A stretch of 33,834 nucleotides of DNA from Akkermansiaceae bacterium (GTDB taxonomy: Bacteria > Verrucomicrobiota > Verrucomicrobiia > Verrucomicrobiales > Akkermansiaceae), in contig JBDQHQ010000001.1 of NCBI GenBank assembly GCA_040264795.1, forward strand, positions 1 through 33,834. The letters are read 5' to 3'. This document shows, piece by piece, positions 1 to 8,731 of the stretch. The notes under the pieces were generated by a model. It did not search any database. It saw only the letters and a program-made list of their open reading frames with translations, and was not told the DNA's origin. The translations under genes and the position numbers were made by a program. Each line of letters begins with the position of its first letter. The stretch's first letter is position 1.

Positions 1-46
1 AGATAATAATGGCGATGAAAGTACTGATGATGATGATGATAGCATG

Positions 47-496
47 CTAAAGAAAAGACCTTGAGATCGTCATTGAATCTCTCCATCGCTGAGATGACGA
101 GGCCAGTGCTCTCCTTCTCATGAGTGCTGATTCGGGTGCTGGTTCCGGTGCCTTTTGCTCCGGCTGGGCAGGAGACCATGTTGCCTGCCAGAAATGGTAA
201 GTGTTGCCAGTGCCTGCAATCACTGTGATTATTGCTCCTCCAACCACTCCCGAGCTGTTGCGTTGGGACCGCTCACATACTCTGGCGCGATCCGCTATTT
301 TTTCCAGTAGTGCATTACGCCAGGACCTCGCCGCTTTAAGGGCTAATTCCGGCTGCCCATGCACCCGGTCGGCAAAAAATTTACCGTATTTGATCCCTCT
401 TCGCTGCAACCTGACTTGAAAACCGTGGGTGCCGGCATCGGGAAGGTCAATGCGGGTAATCGCGTAGTTGGGATCTTGTTGTCTGGACTCAGGCAT
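47..496 (-). CDS. AP2-like DNA-binding domain protein; second AP2 repeat truncated (possibly degenerate or pseudogene)
   Basis: ITRID...THGFQVRLQRRG..YGKFFADR.HG....ALKAARSWRN resembles a bacterial AP2 domain. RNSSGVVG...YHFWQATWSP begins a second repeat that then turns into low-complexity sequence. Start placed at the internal Met (MPESRQQ); the ORF extends to 541. Confidence 0.55.
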   Translation of the reverse strand: MPESRQQDPNYAITRIDLPDAGTHGFQVRLQRRGIKYGKFFADRVHGQPELALKAARSWRNALLEKIADRARVCERSQRNSSGVVGGAIITVIAGTGNTYHFWQATWSPAQPEQKAPEPAPESALMRRRALASSSQRWRDSMTISRSFL

Positions 497-588
497 AAAG
501 ATGATAGGGGTAAACATGCCACCGTATTGATGTACCTGCAAGCTGGAAGCTTGCTTCCGAGTTCATTCCCTGCTTTAAGGTCCCCGCC

Positions 589-1761
589 ATGCCAGGAATT
601 ATTGTCAAACCACGCGCCCGCATCTTTCATGGGCATGACTGGGTCTATGCCTCGGAGATCCGCAAGTTGTTTGGTGAGCCCAAGGCAGGGGATGTCATTT
701 CTCTCAAGGATTACCGGGACAGGCCATTGGGGACGGCTATTTACAATCCGCAGTCGCAAATTGTCGCGCGTAGGATTTCGCGCAGAAAGCAGAAGCTCGA
801 TACGGAGTTCTTCACGCGTAGGATTGAGCAGGCTATCGGGCTTCGCCAGAAGTCGGGGATTGATCCTGCACTGGCAAGGTTGGTTTGGAGCGAGTCAGAC
901 GGTTTGCCCGGAGTGATCGTCGATCGATACGGTGATCACGTGGTTTTGCAGACCCTCACTTTGGCGATGTATCTGCACCGTGAGCTCATTGCCGAGACTC
1001 TCAATGAGCTACTCGAGCCTCGTTCGATTATTTTACGCAATGATTCTCCCATGTTGGCTGCGGAAGGTCTGGAGGAAGAGTTGAGCATGTTGCACGGAGA
1101 TAAGCCTGAGCCTTTTGTTGTTGAAGCACCAAGCGTCGAGGGCGGGGTGAAGTTTGAAATCGATTTGCTGGATGGCCAGAAAACCGGGCTTTATCTCGAC
1201 CAGCTGGATGCGCACCGTGAAATCGCCAAGCTTGCCAAGGGTAAGCGGGTGCTGGATTGCTTCTGTAATCAGGGTGGCTTTGCCCTTGCTTGTGCCAAGG
1301 CAGGTGCTGCGAGTGTAACCGCCGTCGATTCATCAGGGCCAGCCATTGAGGCGACTTTGCGCAATGCTGAAATGAACGGGGTGGAGGTGAATGCGATCCA
1401 GCACAATGCTTTTGATTATTTGAAGCATTGTGAAGATCAGTATGACCTGGTGATCCTTGATCCACCGTCATTTACCAAAAACAAGAAGAGCTTGAATAAT
1501 GCCATGCGAGGTTACAAGGAGATCCATCTCAGGGGTATCAAACTCTTGGACCGCGATGGCATTCTCGCCACTTACTGCTGCTCCCATCACGCTAGCCGTG
1601 AGTTGTTTTTAGAGAATATTGTCTCTGCCTCGGTGGATGCCAAGCGCACTTTGAGGCTGGTGGCAAGCCATGGTCAGAGACTGGATCATCCGGTGATCCC
1701 GGCGATTCCGGAGACCGAGTATCTCAAGGGATTTGTGCTGCAGGTGATGCCTTCCAGATAA
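589..1761 (+). CDS. rlmI: Class I SAM-dependent rRNA methyltransferase, RlmI/YccW family
   Basis: N-terminal PUA-like GHDWVY segment, SESDGLPGVIVDRYG, GQKTGLYLDQ, VLDCFCNQGGF, DLVILDPPSF and C-terminal ETEYLK motifs. Confidence 0.85.
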   Translation: MPGIIVKPRARIFHGHDWVYASEIRKLFGEPKAGDVISLKDYRDRPLGTAIYNPQSQIVARRISRRKQKLDTEFFTRRIEQAIGLRQKSGIDPALARLVWSESDGLPGVIVDRYGDHVVLQTLTLAMYLHRELIAETLNELLEPRSIILRNDSPMLAAEGLEEELSMLHGDKPEPFVVEAPSVEGGVKFEIDLLDGQKTGLYLDQLDAHREIAKLAKGKRVLDCFCNQGGFALACAKAGAASVTAVDSSGPAIEATLRNAEMNGVEVNAIQHNAFDYLKHCEDQYDLVILDPPSFTKNKKSLNNAMRGYKEIHLRGIKLLDRDGILATYCCSHHASRELFLENIVSASVDAKRTLRLVASHGQRLDHPVIPAIPETEYLKGFVLQVMPSR

Positions 1762-1786
1762 TAGTCATCCGGATTGACGCATCAGC

Positions 1787-2191
1787 TCATGGGGCCAGCA
1801 GAGTGAGGGGATGGACCGGAACATTCCGTAGCACCGTGAACAGGGCGATGGACGTCATGCCAAGCCATAGCCATGGGGCCCGTACGTTGGGGAGTGCTGG
1901 GGCCGGCTTGCCTAGGATGCTTACTCGCACGATGAGATAGCAAGACCATGTCATGAAGACGATGAAGCCCATTGTGAGCATGAGGTTGTGTCCAAAAGCC
2001 GTTGACCAATTTCCCGTGAGAATGCTCTCGGCACAGCGAGTACCGCCGCAACCCGGGCAGTGGTAGCCGGTGAGCAGTCTCAGTTTGCAATCAACAAGCG
2101 TACTCTGACTGCGATTGAGATAAATGCAGGCAAGCATGATGCCAGCAAGTCCCACAGGAAGCAGTAGTGGCCAAAAGCATCTCTTTTTCAC
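1787..2191 (-). CDS. DUF2752 family small membrane protein
   Basis: C...LLTGYHCPGCGGTR motif, three hydrophobic segments, F.VLRN near the C-terminus. Confidence 0.8.
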   Translation of the reverse strand: MKKRCFWPLLLPVGLAGIMLACIYLNRSQSTLVDCKLRLLTGYHCPGCGGTRCAESILTGNWSTAFGHNLMLTMGFIVFMTWSCYLIVRVSILGKPAPALPNVRAPWLWLGMTSIALFTVLRNVPVHPLTLLAP

Positions 2192-2215
2192 CCCATCTCA
2201 GTGCCAATGGCTTTG

Positions 2216-2731
2216 TTATAGTGTATCTGTGGGTATTTCTGTGATGAAAGCCAAGAAGAAGACAATCAAGAACAGGACAGAGAATGCAATACTCAAGTAT
2301 CCGGTAACCAAGCCGATTATCGCTAAAACCTTGCCGCCCACCATGGAGGGGTTTGCTTTGATTTTAGCCAGGGATTTGTGTCCGCAAATGACAGCCGGTA
2401 TACCAGTAAAGAACCCGCAGAAAACAATGCTGAGAATACCACAAACCAAGCTGGCGATGGCAAGGCCGTCTGTCGTTGCAGCTGTTCCGGGTGCAATCCC
2501 GGAGGTGCTCTGTGGTGTCGTGAGAGGTGCTGCCGTGTCTGGAGCGGTGGCCGAGTCTGCAGCGGCTGACTGAAAGTCTTGCACGTCCTTGAGAGGAAGC
2601 CAGCCCTCCATGCCCTCTCGCCAGATTATGGTTTCCTCGGTAATTTGCCGAGTGGTGATGAGGTTGCGAATTTCCAAATCAGATACCGGGCCTTGTTGCG
2701 CGTTGTCTCTACTGTAATACCAATCTGCCAT
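2216..2731 (-). CDS. GYF_2 (DUF4339) + DUF4190 membrane protein
   Basis: WYY..DNAQQGPV and IWREGMEGW (GYF_2), Ala/Thr/Pro linker, LAIASLVCGILS...AVICGH.SL..I....GG..LAIIGLVTGY (DUF4190). Start at MADWYY. Confidence 0.85.
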   Translation of the reverse strand: MADWYYSRDNAQQGPVSDLEIRNLITTRQITEETIIWREGMEGWLPLKDVQDFQSAAADSATAPDTAAPLTTPQSTSGIAPGTAATTDGLAIASLVCGILSIVFCGFFTGIPAVICGHKSLAKIKANPSMVGGKVLAIIGLVTGYLSIAFSVLFLIVFFLAFITEIPTDTL

Positions 2732-2821
2732 AACGAGGACTATGTTTGTTGCATTGTGGAGGGATGGCAATACTGAAATTTGTGCTGTAATATCCCTTGG
2801 TAGTCATTCTACTGTTCGTCC

Positions 2822-4660
2822 ATGACGACACTGTTGATCGCTTTGGGTTCCTTGGTGCTCTATCTGGTGGCCTACAACACCTATGGGAAATGGTTGGGTC
2901 GTAAGATTTTCAATCTCAGTGTCGATACCAAAGTGCCGTCCATTGAGCTTGAGGATGGCAGTGATTATGTTCCTACCTCGAAGGGGGTTGTTTTTGGTCA
3001 TCACTTTACTTCCATTGCAGGCACGGGTCCCATCGTCGGGCCCGCACTCGCAGTCATATGGGGTTGGTTGCCTGCCTTGCTATGGGTGCTTCTGGGGTCC
3101 GTGTTCATCGGTGCGGTGCACGATTTCGGGGCTTTGGTGGTCTCGATGCGTAACAAGGGTCAAACGGTGGGGGATATCGCCGGGCGGGTGATTTCACCGC
3201 GGGTCAGGATCCTTTTCCTGCTCATTCTTTTCATGGCTCTGACTATTGTTTTGGCGATTTTCGGGCTGGTGATTGCGGCGGTGTTCAAGGCTTACCCGCA
3301 GTCAATTACTCCCTGCCTGATTCAGATCCCGCTGGCTCTTTTGATCGGCTTTTTTATTCACCGCAAAGGTGGCAATATCATGCTGGCATCCCTCGCCGCT
3401 CTTGGGCTGATGTATCTCTCCGTTGCCTATGGCGATGTGGGCTGGCTTGGCCAAATCAACAGTCATTTGAAGAGCTGGTCGCTCATGGAGTGGGTCACGG
3501 TCTTGCTGGTCTATTCCTATGTCGCCTCAGTACTACCAGTGTGGACTCTGCTCCAGCCCAGGGATTATATCAACTCGTTGCAGCTACTGAGTGCTCTGGC
3601 CTTGGTAGTAGTCGGGCTTGTTTTTGCCGGTCTTTTCCATGGAGCTGCTGTTGATGGCGTGCGTCCGCCCTTGGAGATCGCGGCTCCCATGGTGGAAAGC
3701 TCGGTCAAGCTCAAGGATTTACCTCTGATTTTCCCCTTCCTCTTTGTTACCATTGCCTGTGGAGCTGTCTCGGGATTTCACTGCCTGGTCTCATCCGGCA
3801 CGTCCTCCAAGCAATTACGCTGCGAGACGGATGCTCGTTTTGTAGGATACGGTTCGATGCTAACGGAGGGTTTTCTGGCAGTATTGGTGATCCTTGCCTG
3901 TGTTGCGGGCTTGGGGCTCGGGGTGGCTGATGGAGCTGGGGGCACCTTGCTCGGGGCGGATGCGTGGAATAGCCGCTATGAAGGATGGACTTCGATGAGT
4001 AGCTTGGGGGCGAAGGTGGGTGCCTTTGTTGACGGGGCAGCTAATTTTCTCAAGGCACTGGGTATTTCAGCCACTTTTGCCACCGCTTTGATGGGAGTTT
4101 TTGTCGCCTCTTTTGCTGCAACGACACTCGATACGGCATGCAGGCTCCAGCGTTACGTGGTCCAAGAGCTCGCGGCCAGCTTGATGAGACCCAATGCCAA
4201 GGATGATTTGGTCTCTCCTGCAGGAATTACGCTCTCATCCAATCCCCTGAGTTGGTTGGTCAACAAGCATGGTGCTACCTTGTTTGCTGTTGCGATCGCT
4301 TGGTGGATGGCGTCATTACCGGCAGCCGTGGGTAAAGCGCCGGGGACCGGGGGGTTGATTTTGTGGCCACTTTTTGGTGCCACCAACCAGCTGCTTGGTG
4401 GGCTTGCCTTCCTTGTCATCATGTTTTGGATGCTGCGCCAGCGTATGCCGATCTGGTTTATCATTTTGCCGGCCGTTTTCATGCTCATCTTGCCAGCCTG
4501 GGCGATGGCATATCAAATCTTTGGCCAGGCTATAGGCTCCACGGAAAGCTGGATTGAGCAGGGGCGCTGGTTGCTGGTAGTAATAGGCTCACTCTCACTG
4601 CTGCTCGAGGCATGGATGATCGTGGAGGCTGTTTTCGCATGGAGGAAAAGGCCGGGCTAG
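2822..4660 (+). CDS. cstA: Carbon starvation protein A (CstA) peptide/pyruvate transporter family
   Basis: DYVPT, FGHHFTSIAGTGPIVGP, GAVHDF, FVTIACGAVSGFH, YGSMLTEG and WPLFGATNQLL motifs; many TM segments. Confidence 0.95.
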   Translation: MTTLLIALGSLVLYLVAYNTYGKWLGRKIFNLSVDTKVPSIELEDGSDYVPTSKGVVFGHHFTSIAGTGPIVGPALAVIWGWLPALLWVLLGSVFIGAVHDFGALVVSMRNKGQTVGDIAGRVISPRVRILFLLILFMALTIVLAIFGLVIAAVFKAYPQSITPCLIQIPLALLIGFFIHRKGGNIMLASLAALGLMYLSVAYGDVGWLGQINSHLKSWSLMEWVTVLLVYSYVASVLPVWTLLQPRDYINSLQLLSALALVVVGLVFAGLFHGAAVDGVRPPLEIAAPMVESSVKLKDLPLIFPFLFVTIACGAVSGFHCLVSSGTSSKQLRCETDARFVGYGSMLTEGFLAVLVILACVAGLGLGVADGAGGTLLGADAWNSRYEGWTSMSSLGAKVGAFVDGAANFLKALGISATFATALMGVFVASFAATTLDTACRLQRYVVQELAASLMRPNAKDDLVSPAGITLSSNPLSWLVNKHGATLFAVAIAWWMASLPAAVGKAPGTGGLILWPLFGATNQLLGGLAFLVIMFWMLRQRMPIWFIILPAVFMLILPAWAMAYQIFGQAIGSTESWIEQGRWLLVVIGSLSLLLEAWMIVEAVFAWRKRPG

Positions 4661-4748
4661 CTCAACAAGCCGCCATGCCTGTTGCCGAGCTGGTCACGGC
4701 GACTTTAGCCTAGACATCATAGGGGGTGCTGGCTAGCGTCCTCCACTG

Positions 4749-5480
4749 ATGCGTGGTTTGTGCTTAAGCCTTTTCTTTGTGCTTGGTTCGGGGTTTTCCG
4801 AGCTGGCACCCAAGGCTGTTGCAGCCCTTCCCGGAGAGGGCAATACCCGTAGTGCTCAGCATCACATTATTCTGTGTGGGGGGCCTGCACTCCGGAAGTG
4901 GGAGGACCTGCGGGCAGAGAGTGACCAGCACGACCGTTGGTGGGGAAACTTTATCAGAGCATCTACTATCCGCATCGATGAAATCAGACGAGCTTACGGT
5001 GAGCATGCCGCCATCACTTGGATTGTTTATCGTCCCGGGTATGTGGCTCGTGGCAGTGAAGACGGCAAGCCCTACACCAAGTGGATTGCCGGGCAGGCCA
5101 GCAAGCGGGGAGTGAAATTGGTCTGGGTCAGTAGCGGTCTTTCAGCGATTAATGCCATTAACAAGCATCCTTCCAAGTCGGTGGTGACCTTTGATTTTAT
5201 GGGCCACTCCAATAAGCATTGTTTCCTTCTTGATTACAGTGTGATCATTATGGGCTCCAGCAAGGCATGGATTCATGAAAAGGACTTATCCCGCATACGG
5301 CGCGATATTTTCTCTAGAAACGCGCAATGCCAGAGTTGGGGATGCCACACCGGTGAGAGTATGAGCGCTTACTGGAAACGAGCTACAGGGCATGCCATGC
5401 TCGGTGCCAAGGGCAAAACCAACTATGAAACCGTGGGCCAAGGACAGATGCCTGCGGTTTCGGGAAGTTGGGTGCGCTGA
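4749..5480 (+). CDS. Exported hypothetical protein with a candidate His/Cys dyad
   Basis: N-terminal signal-peptide-like segment; FDFMGHSN and QSWGCHTG motifs. Confidence 0.7.
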   Translation: MRGLCLSLFFVLGSGFSELAPKAVAALPGEGNTRSAQHHIILCGGPALRKWEDLRAESDQHDRWWGNFIRASTIRIDEIRRAYGEHAAITWIVYRPGYVARGSEDGKPYTKWIAGQASKRGVKLVWVSSGLSAINAINKHPSKSVVTFDFMGHSNKHCFLLDYSVIIMGSSKAWIHEKDLSRIRRDIFSRNAQCQSWGCHTGESMSAYWKRATGHAMLGAKGKTNYETVGQGQMPAVSGSWVR

Positions 5481-5541
5481 GACCATGATTTCCCATAGAT
5501 CAAACCTTCCCTTACGACGTAATTTTTACTACCAATAACTT

Positions 5542-6537
5542 ATGAAATTCGAACAACTCAAAGAAATCTACGAACTTCCGTTTTTTGAACTGATTCACAA
5601 AGCGCATGAAGTGCATGTTTCGAACTGGCCGGAAAAAGAAATCCAGCTCTGCACCCTGCTATCTATCAAGACAGGTGGCTGCTCGGAGGATTGTTCGTAT
5701 TGCTCACAGTCTGCGCGTTACAACACCGAGGTTGAACGAGAGCCCTTGATGGATCTTGATGCTGTTATGGAGAGTGCTACTGCGGCTCGTGACAATGGCT
5801 CCACTCGTTTCTGCATGGGCGCGGCATGGAAGGGGGTTCGCAAAGGTACCAAACAATTCGATGATGTGCTTGAGATTGTTCGCAATGTAGCCGGCCTTGG
5901 TATGGAAGTATGCACAACCCTTGGTGAACTGGGTGCTGAGGAAGCCAAACAACTTAAGGAAGCCGGGGTGACTGCCTATAACCACAATCTAGATACCTCC
6001 CGTGAGCACTACCCTAATATCGTGACCAGTCACACTTATGATGATCGTCTCAATACGATCCGCCATGCGCAGGATGCCGGTATGAGTGTCTGCTGTGGTG
6101 GTATTCTTGGCCTGGGTGAAACCTCCGATGACCGCCTGAAAATGCTCGAGGTTATTTCCGAGTTCAACCCGCAGCCGGAGAGTGTGCCGATTAACTCCTT
6201 GATGCCAATGCCAGGAACACCTCTGGCGGAATCTCATACGGTGGATATATTTGATGTGGTGCGCATGATCGCGGTCACTCGTATTGCTTGCCCGAAAGCC
6301 AAGGTAAGGCTGTCCGCAGGGCGCAGCAATATGTCTGAGGAAGGTCAGACGATGTGTTTCTATGCCGGAGCTAATTCCATTTTCTATGGTGAAAAGCTGC
6401 TCACCACGGTGAATCCTGCTATCAAAAAAGACCTGAAGCTCATTGAGAAGCTGGGCATTAATCCTCTTCAGCCAAACCCTGAAATGGAAGCTCCAGACCC
6501 ACAGTGTGACAAAGAGCTCTCTCCTTGTTGCAAGTAA
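5542..6537 (+). CDS. bioB: Biotin synthase (radical SAM)
   Basis: LLSIKTGGCSEDCSYCSQS (CxxxCxxC), RFCMGAAW, YNHNLDT, PESVPIN, VRLSAGR, GANSIFYGEKLLT. Confidence 0.98.
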   Translation: MKFEQLKEIYELPFFELIHKAHEVHVSNWPEKEIQLCTLLSIKTGGCSEDCSYCSQSARYNTEVEREPLMDLDAVMESATAARDNGSTRFCMGAAWKGVRKGTKQFDDVLEIVRNVAGLGMEVCTTLGELGAEEAKQLKEAGVTAYNHNLDTSREHYPNIVTSHTYDDRLNTIRHAQDAGMSVCCGGILGLGETSDDRLKMLEVISEFNPQPESVPINSLMPMPGTPLAESHTVDIFDVVRMIAVTRIACPKAKVRLSAGRSNMSEEGQTMCFYAGANSIFYGEKLLTTVNPAIKKDLKLIEKLGINPLQPNPEMEAPDPQCDKELSPCCK

Positions 6538-6605
6538 GGGCTGTGGTCGCCCGCAGATGAGTAATCTTGATCTGCTGTCATCTCCAGCGACCTATCCATG
6601 AAGTC

Positions 6606-7784
6606 ATGAATATAGCGATCACTGGTATTGGCCTGACCAGCGGTCTGGGAGACGGGGTCCAAGCGCATCGGGAAAAAATTTCGTCAGGGGAGCATGCCTT
6701 GCGCCCGCTTGCCGGGCTTCTTGGTGAGGACTCTCCCTATGCGGCGGTCAATGCTGGTTGGATTGAGAACAGGGAAATCATGCTGTCCCGCAAGTGGGCA
6801 CCCGCATCGATGCTCTCTCTTCATGTGGCCAGGCAAGCTGTTGCTGACGCAGGCTTGAGTGGAGATGATTTGTCAAATACTGCCGTGATTGTCGGCAGTA
6901 GCCGTGGCAATGCTGCGGGGTGGGTTTCGGGCTGGCCCAAGAGGCGGCCGTTTAAGCTGATGGCAGCCAGTAACTCCATGCACGGGGAACTGGCATCTGT
7001 AGTGAGTATCGAGTTGGGCATCCGTGGGCCATGGCAGGTGATATCAAGCGGCTGTGCTGCAAGCCTGGATGCCATGGGTATGGCTTGGATGATGCTTCAA
7101 CAAGGTGTGGTGAAGAGGGCTATTGTTATCGGGGTTGAGCTGCCACTCGTGCCGGAAATTTTGCAGGCCTATGCGAATACAGGGGTGCTGGCTTCAAGCA
7201 TGATCAATGATCCCTATTCGCCCGATACCAGTGGATTATTTCCCGCTGAAGCTGGCGCCGCAGTGATCCTTGAAGCTGTGAGAGAGGATGCTGTCAATCA
7301 ACGAAAACCGATGGCTCTTATGACGGGCTATTGGTGTAACTCTGATGCCGATTCTCCCATAGGCATGCCCGATGATGGTGCTGGTTTGCGGGATTGCATC
7401 CGGCAGGCACTTGGAGGTCTTGAGGCTGAGCCCGCGATCGCTGCCATTTGTCCACATGCCAGTGGCACGCCCCTACATGCCAAGGCGGAACTTGCGGCGC
7501 TCAAAGAGGCGATCCCGCAGGAGCAGCCCATTTCCCTGCATCCGCTCAAGCCTTACACAGGTCACTCTATCGGAGCGAACGGGGTGCTTGATTGCGCGAT
7601 ATTGGCGAGTTATCTTCAGCATCGGGAGTTGCCTCGCAACCTGCCCGGCATCACTTGTCCTGACGAGTCATTTACGCTTGAAGCTCATTCCCTGCCTGCC
7701 ACAGGCTCGACTGTTCTGAAAATAGCAGTAGGCATGGGGGGGCATAATTCCATGGTTTCACTGAGATCACCATCAGCAGAATAA
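6606..7784 (+). CDS. Divergent beta-ketoacyl-ACP synthase (FabB/FabF-like)
   Basis: IAITGIG start; Cys-His-His triad SSGCAAS / PHASGT / KPYTGHSIGA; C-terminal GMGGHN. Start placed at ATG 6606. Confidence 0.85.
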   Translation: MNIAITGIGLTSGLGDGVQAHREKISSGEHALRPLAGLLGEDSPYAAVNAGWIENREIMLSRKWAPASMLSLHVARQAVADAGLSGDDLSNTAVIVGSSRGNAAGWVSGWPKRRPFKLMAASNSMHGELASVVSIELGIRGPWQVISSGCAASLDAMGMAWMMLQQGVVKRAIVIGVELPLVPEILQAYANTGVLASSMINDPYSPDTSGLFPAEAGAAVILEAVREDAVNQRKPMALMTGYWCNSDADSPIGMPDDGAGLRDCIRQALGGLEAEPAIAAICPHASGTPLHAKAELAALKEAIPQEQPISLHPLKPYTGHSIGANGVLDCAILASYLQHRELPRNLPGITCPDESFTLEAHSLPATGSTVLKIAVGMGGHNSMVSLRSPSAE

Positions 7785-8230
7785 TGCATATTAACGTGTC
7801 CATCGGAGAACAGAAATTGCGCCTCTTTGAGGGTGACGCCTTGATGGCAGAGTATGTGATTTCCAGTGCTGCCAATGGCATTGGTTTTGATGAGGGGAGT
7901 TATTGCACGCCCACGGGTCGTTTCGAAGTGAGTGAAAAAATTGGCGAGGGTGAACCCTCGGGAACGATCTTCAGGTCACGTCAGCCAACCGGGGTCTGGG
8001 ATGGAACTCAAAGTGATGATGATATGGTGTTAACGCGTATCCTGCGCCTACATGGTCTGGATGCTGAAAATGCCAATACCATGGAGCGCTACATTTACAT
8101 TCACGGCACTAATCAAGAAAGCTTGCTAGGCCAGCCTGCGAGTTGCGGGTGCATCCGTATGTCCAATAAGGATGTGGTCGATTTGTTTGATCGGGTTGAG
8201 GTAGGCACGCCTCTGGTGATTGGCTATTGA
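7784..8230 (+). CDS. L,D-transpeptidase (YkuD) catalytic-domain protein
   Basis: TPTGRF and IYIHGT...G.PASCGCIRM motifs; start overlaps the upstream stop (TAATG). Confidence 0.88.
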   Translation: MHINVSIGEQKLRLFEGDALMAEYVISSAANGIGFDEGSYCTPTGRFEVSEKIGEGEPSGTIFRSRQPTGVWDGTQSDDDMVLTRILRLHGLDAENANTMERYIYIHGTNQESLLGQPASCGCIRMSNKDVVDLFDRVEVGTPLVIGY

Positions 8231-8718
8231 GTCATTTTTTGGCGGATGTACTCAAGCAGCTGCCGCGAGCCGTCTTCAAGCATGTCGGCAACCAGCTCGA
8301 AGCCTTCATCACCGCCATAATAGGGGTCCGGCACTTCAGGTATCTGGTGATCAGCGTGTTCGCAAAAATGGGTAAACATCATGATCTTATCTTCCAGCTC
8401 TGGTGATTTTGCCAGTCTGATGACATTGGCGTAGTTCTCCTTATCCATGGTGACGATCAAATCAAAGTCACACATATCCTGGCTGGTGAACTGCCTTGCA
8501 GAGCCGGCACTTTTGATATTGCGGTCATTGAGGGTTTTACTCATGCGCTTGTCGGGAGCTTTACCCGGGTGGTAATCATGAGTGCCTGCGGAATCAATCC
8601 GGATCACATCATCAAGGCCGGCTTGTTGGACATGATGACGGAAAATATTCTCCGCTGCGGGTGATCTGCAAATGTTGCCCAGGCAGACAAAAATGACGTG
8701 ATAAGGCTGAGTTGACAT
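8224..8718 (-). CDS. Low-molecular-weight protein tyrosine phosphatase
   Basis: FVCLGNICRSP P-loop, DSAGT and VPDPYYG; start at MSTQPY. Confidence 0.95.
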   Translation of the reverse strand: MSTQPYHVIFVCLGNICRSPAAENIFRHHVQQAGLDDVIRIDSAGTHDYHPGKAPDKRMSKTLNDRNIKSAGSARQFTSQDMCDFDLIVTMDKENYANVIRLAKSPELEDKIMMFTHFCEHADHQIPEVPDPYYGGDEGFELVADMLEDGSRQLLEYIRQKMTQ

Positions 8719-8731
8719 GGACCAGAGGAAT

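Noticed and set aside
26-40. (TGA)n trinucleotide run
   Set aside because: Short microsatellite at the window edge; no function can be assigned
359-916. 185-aa + strand ORF and the many other overlapping or antisense ORFs (e.g. 21588-22364, 26695-27423)
   Set aside because: Shadow frames of well-supported genes, with no recognisable motifs
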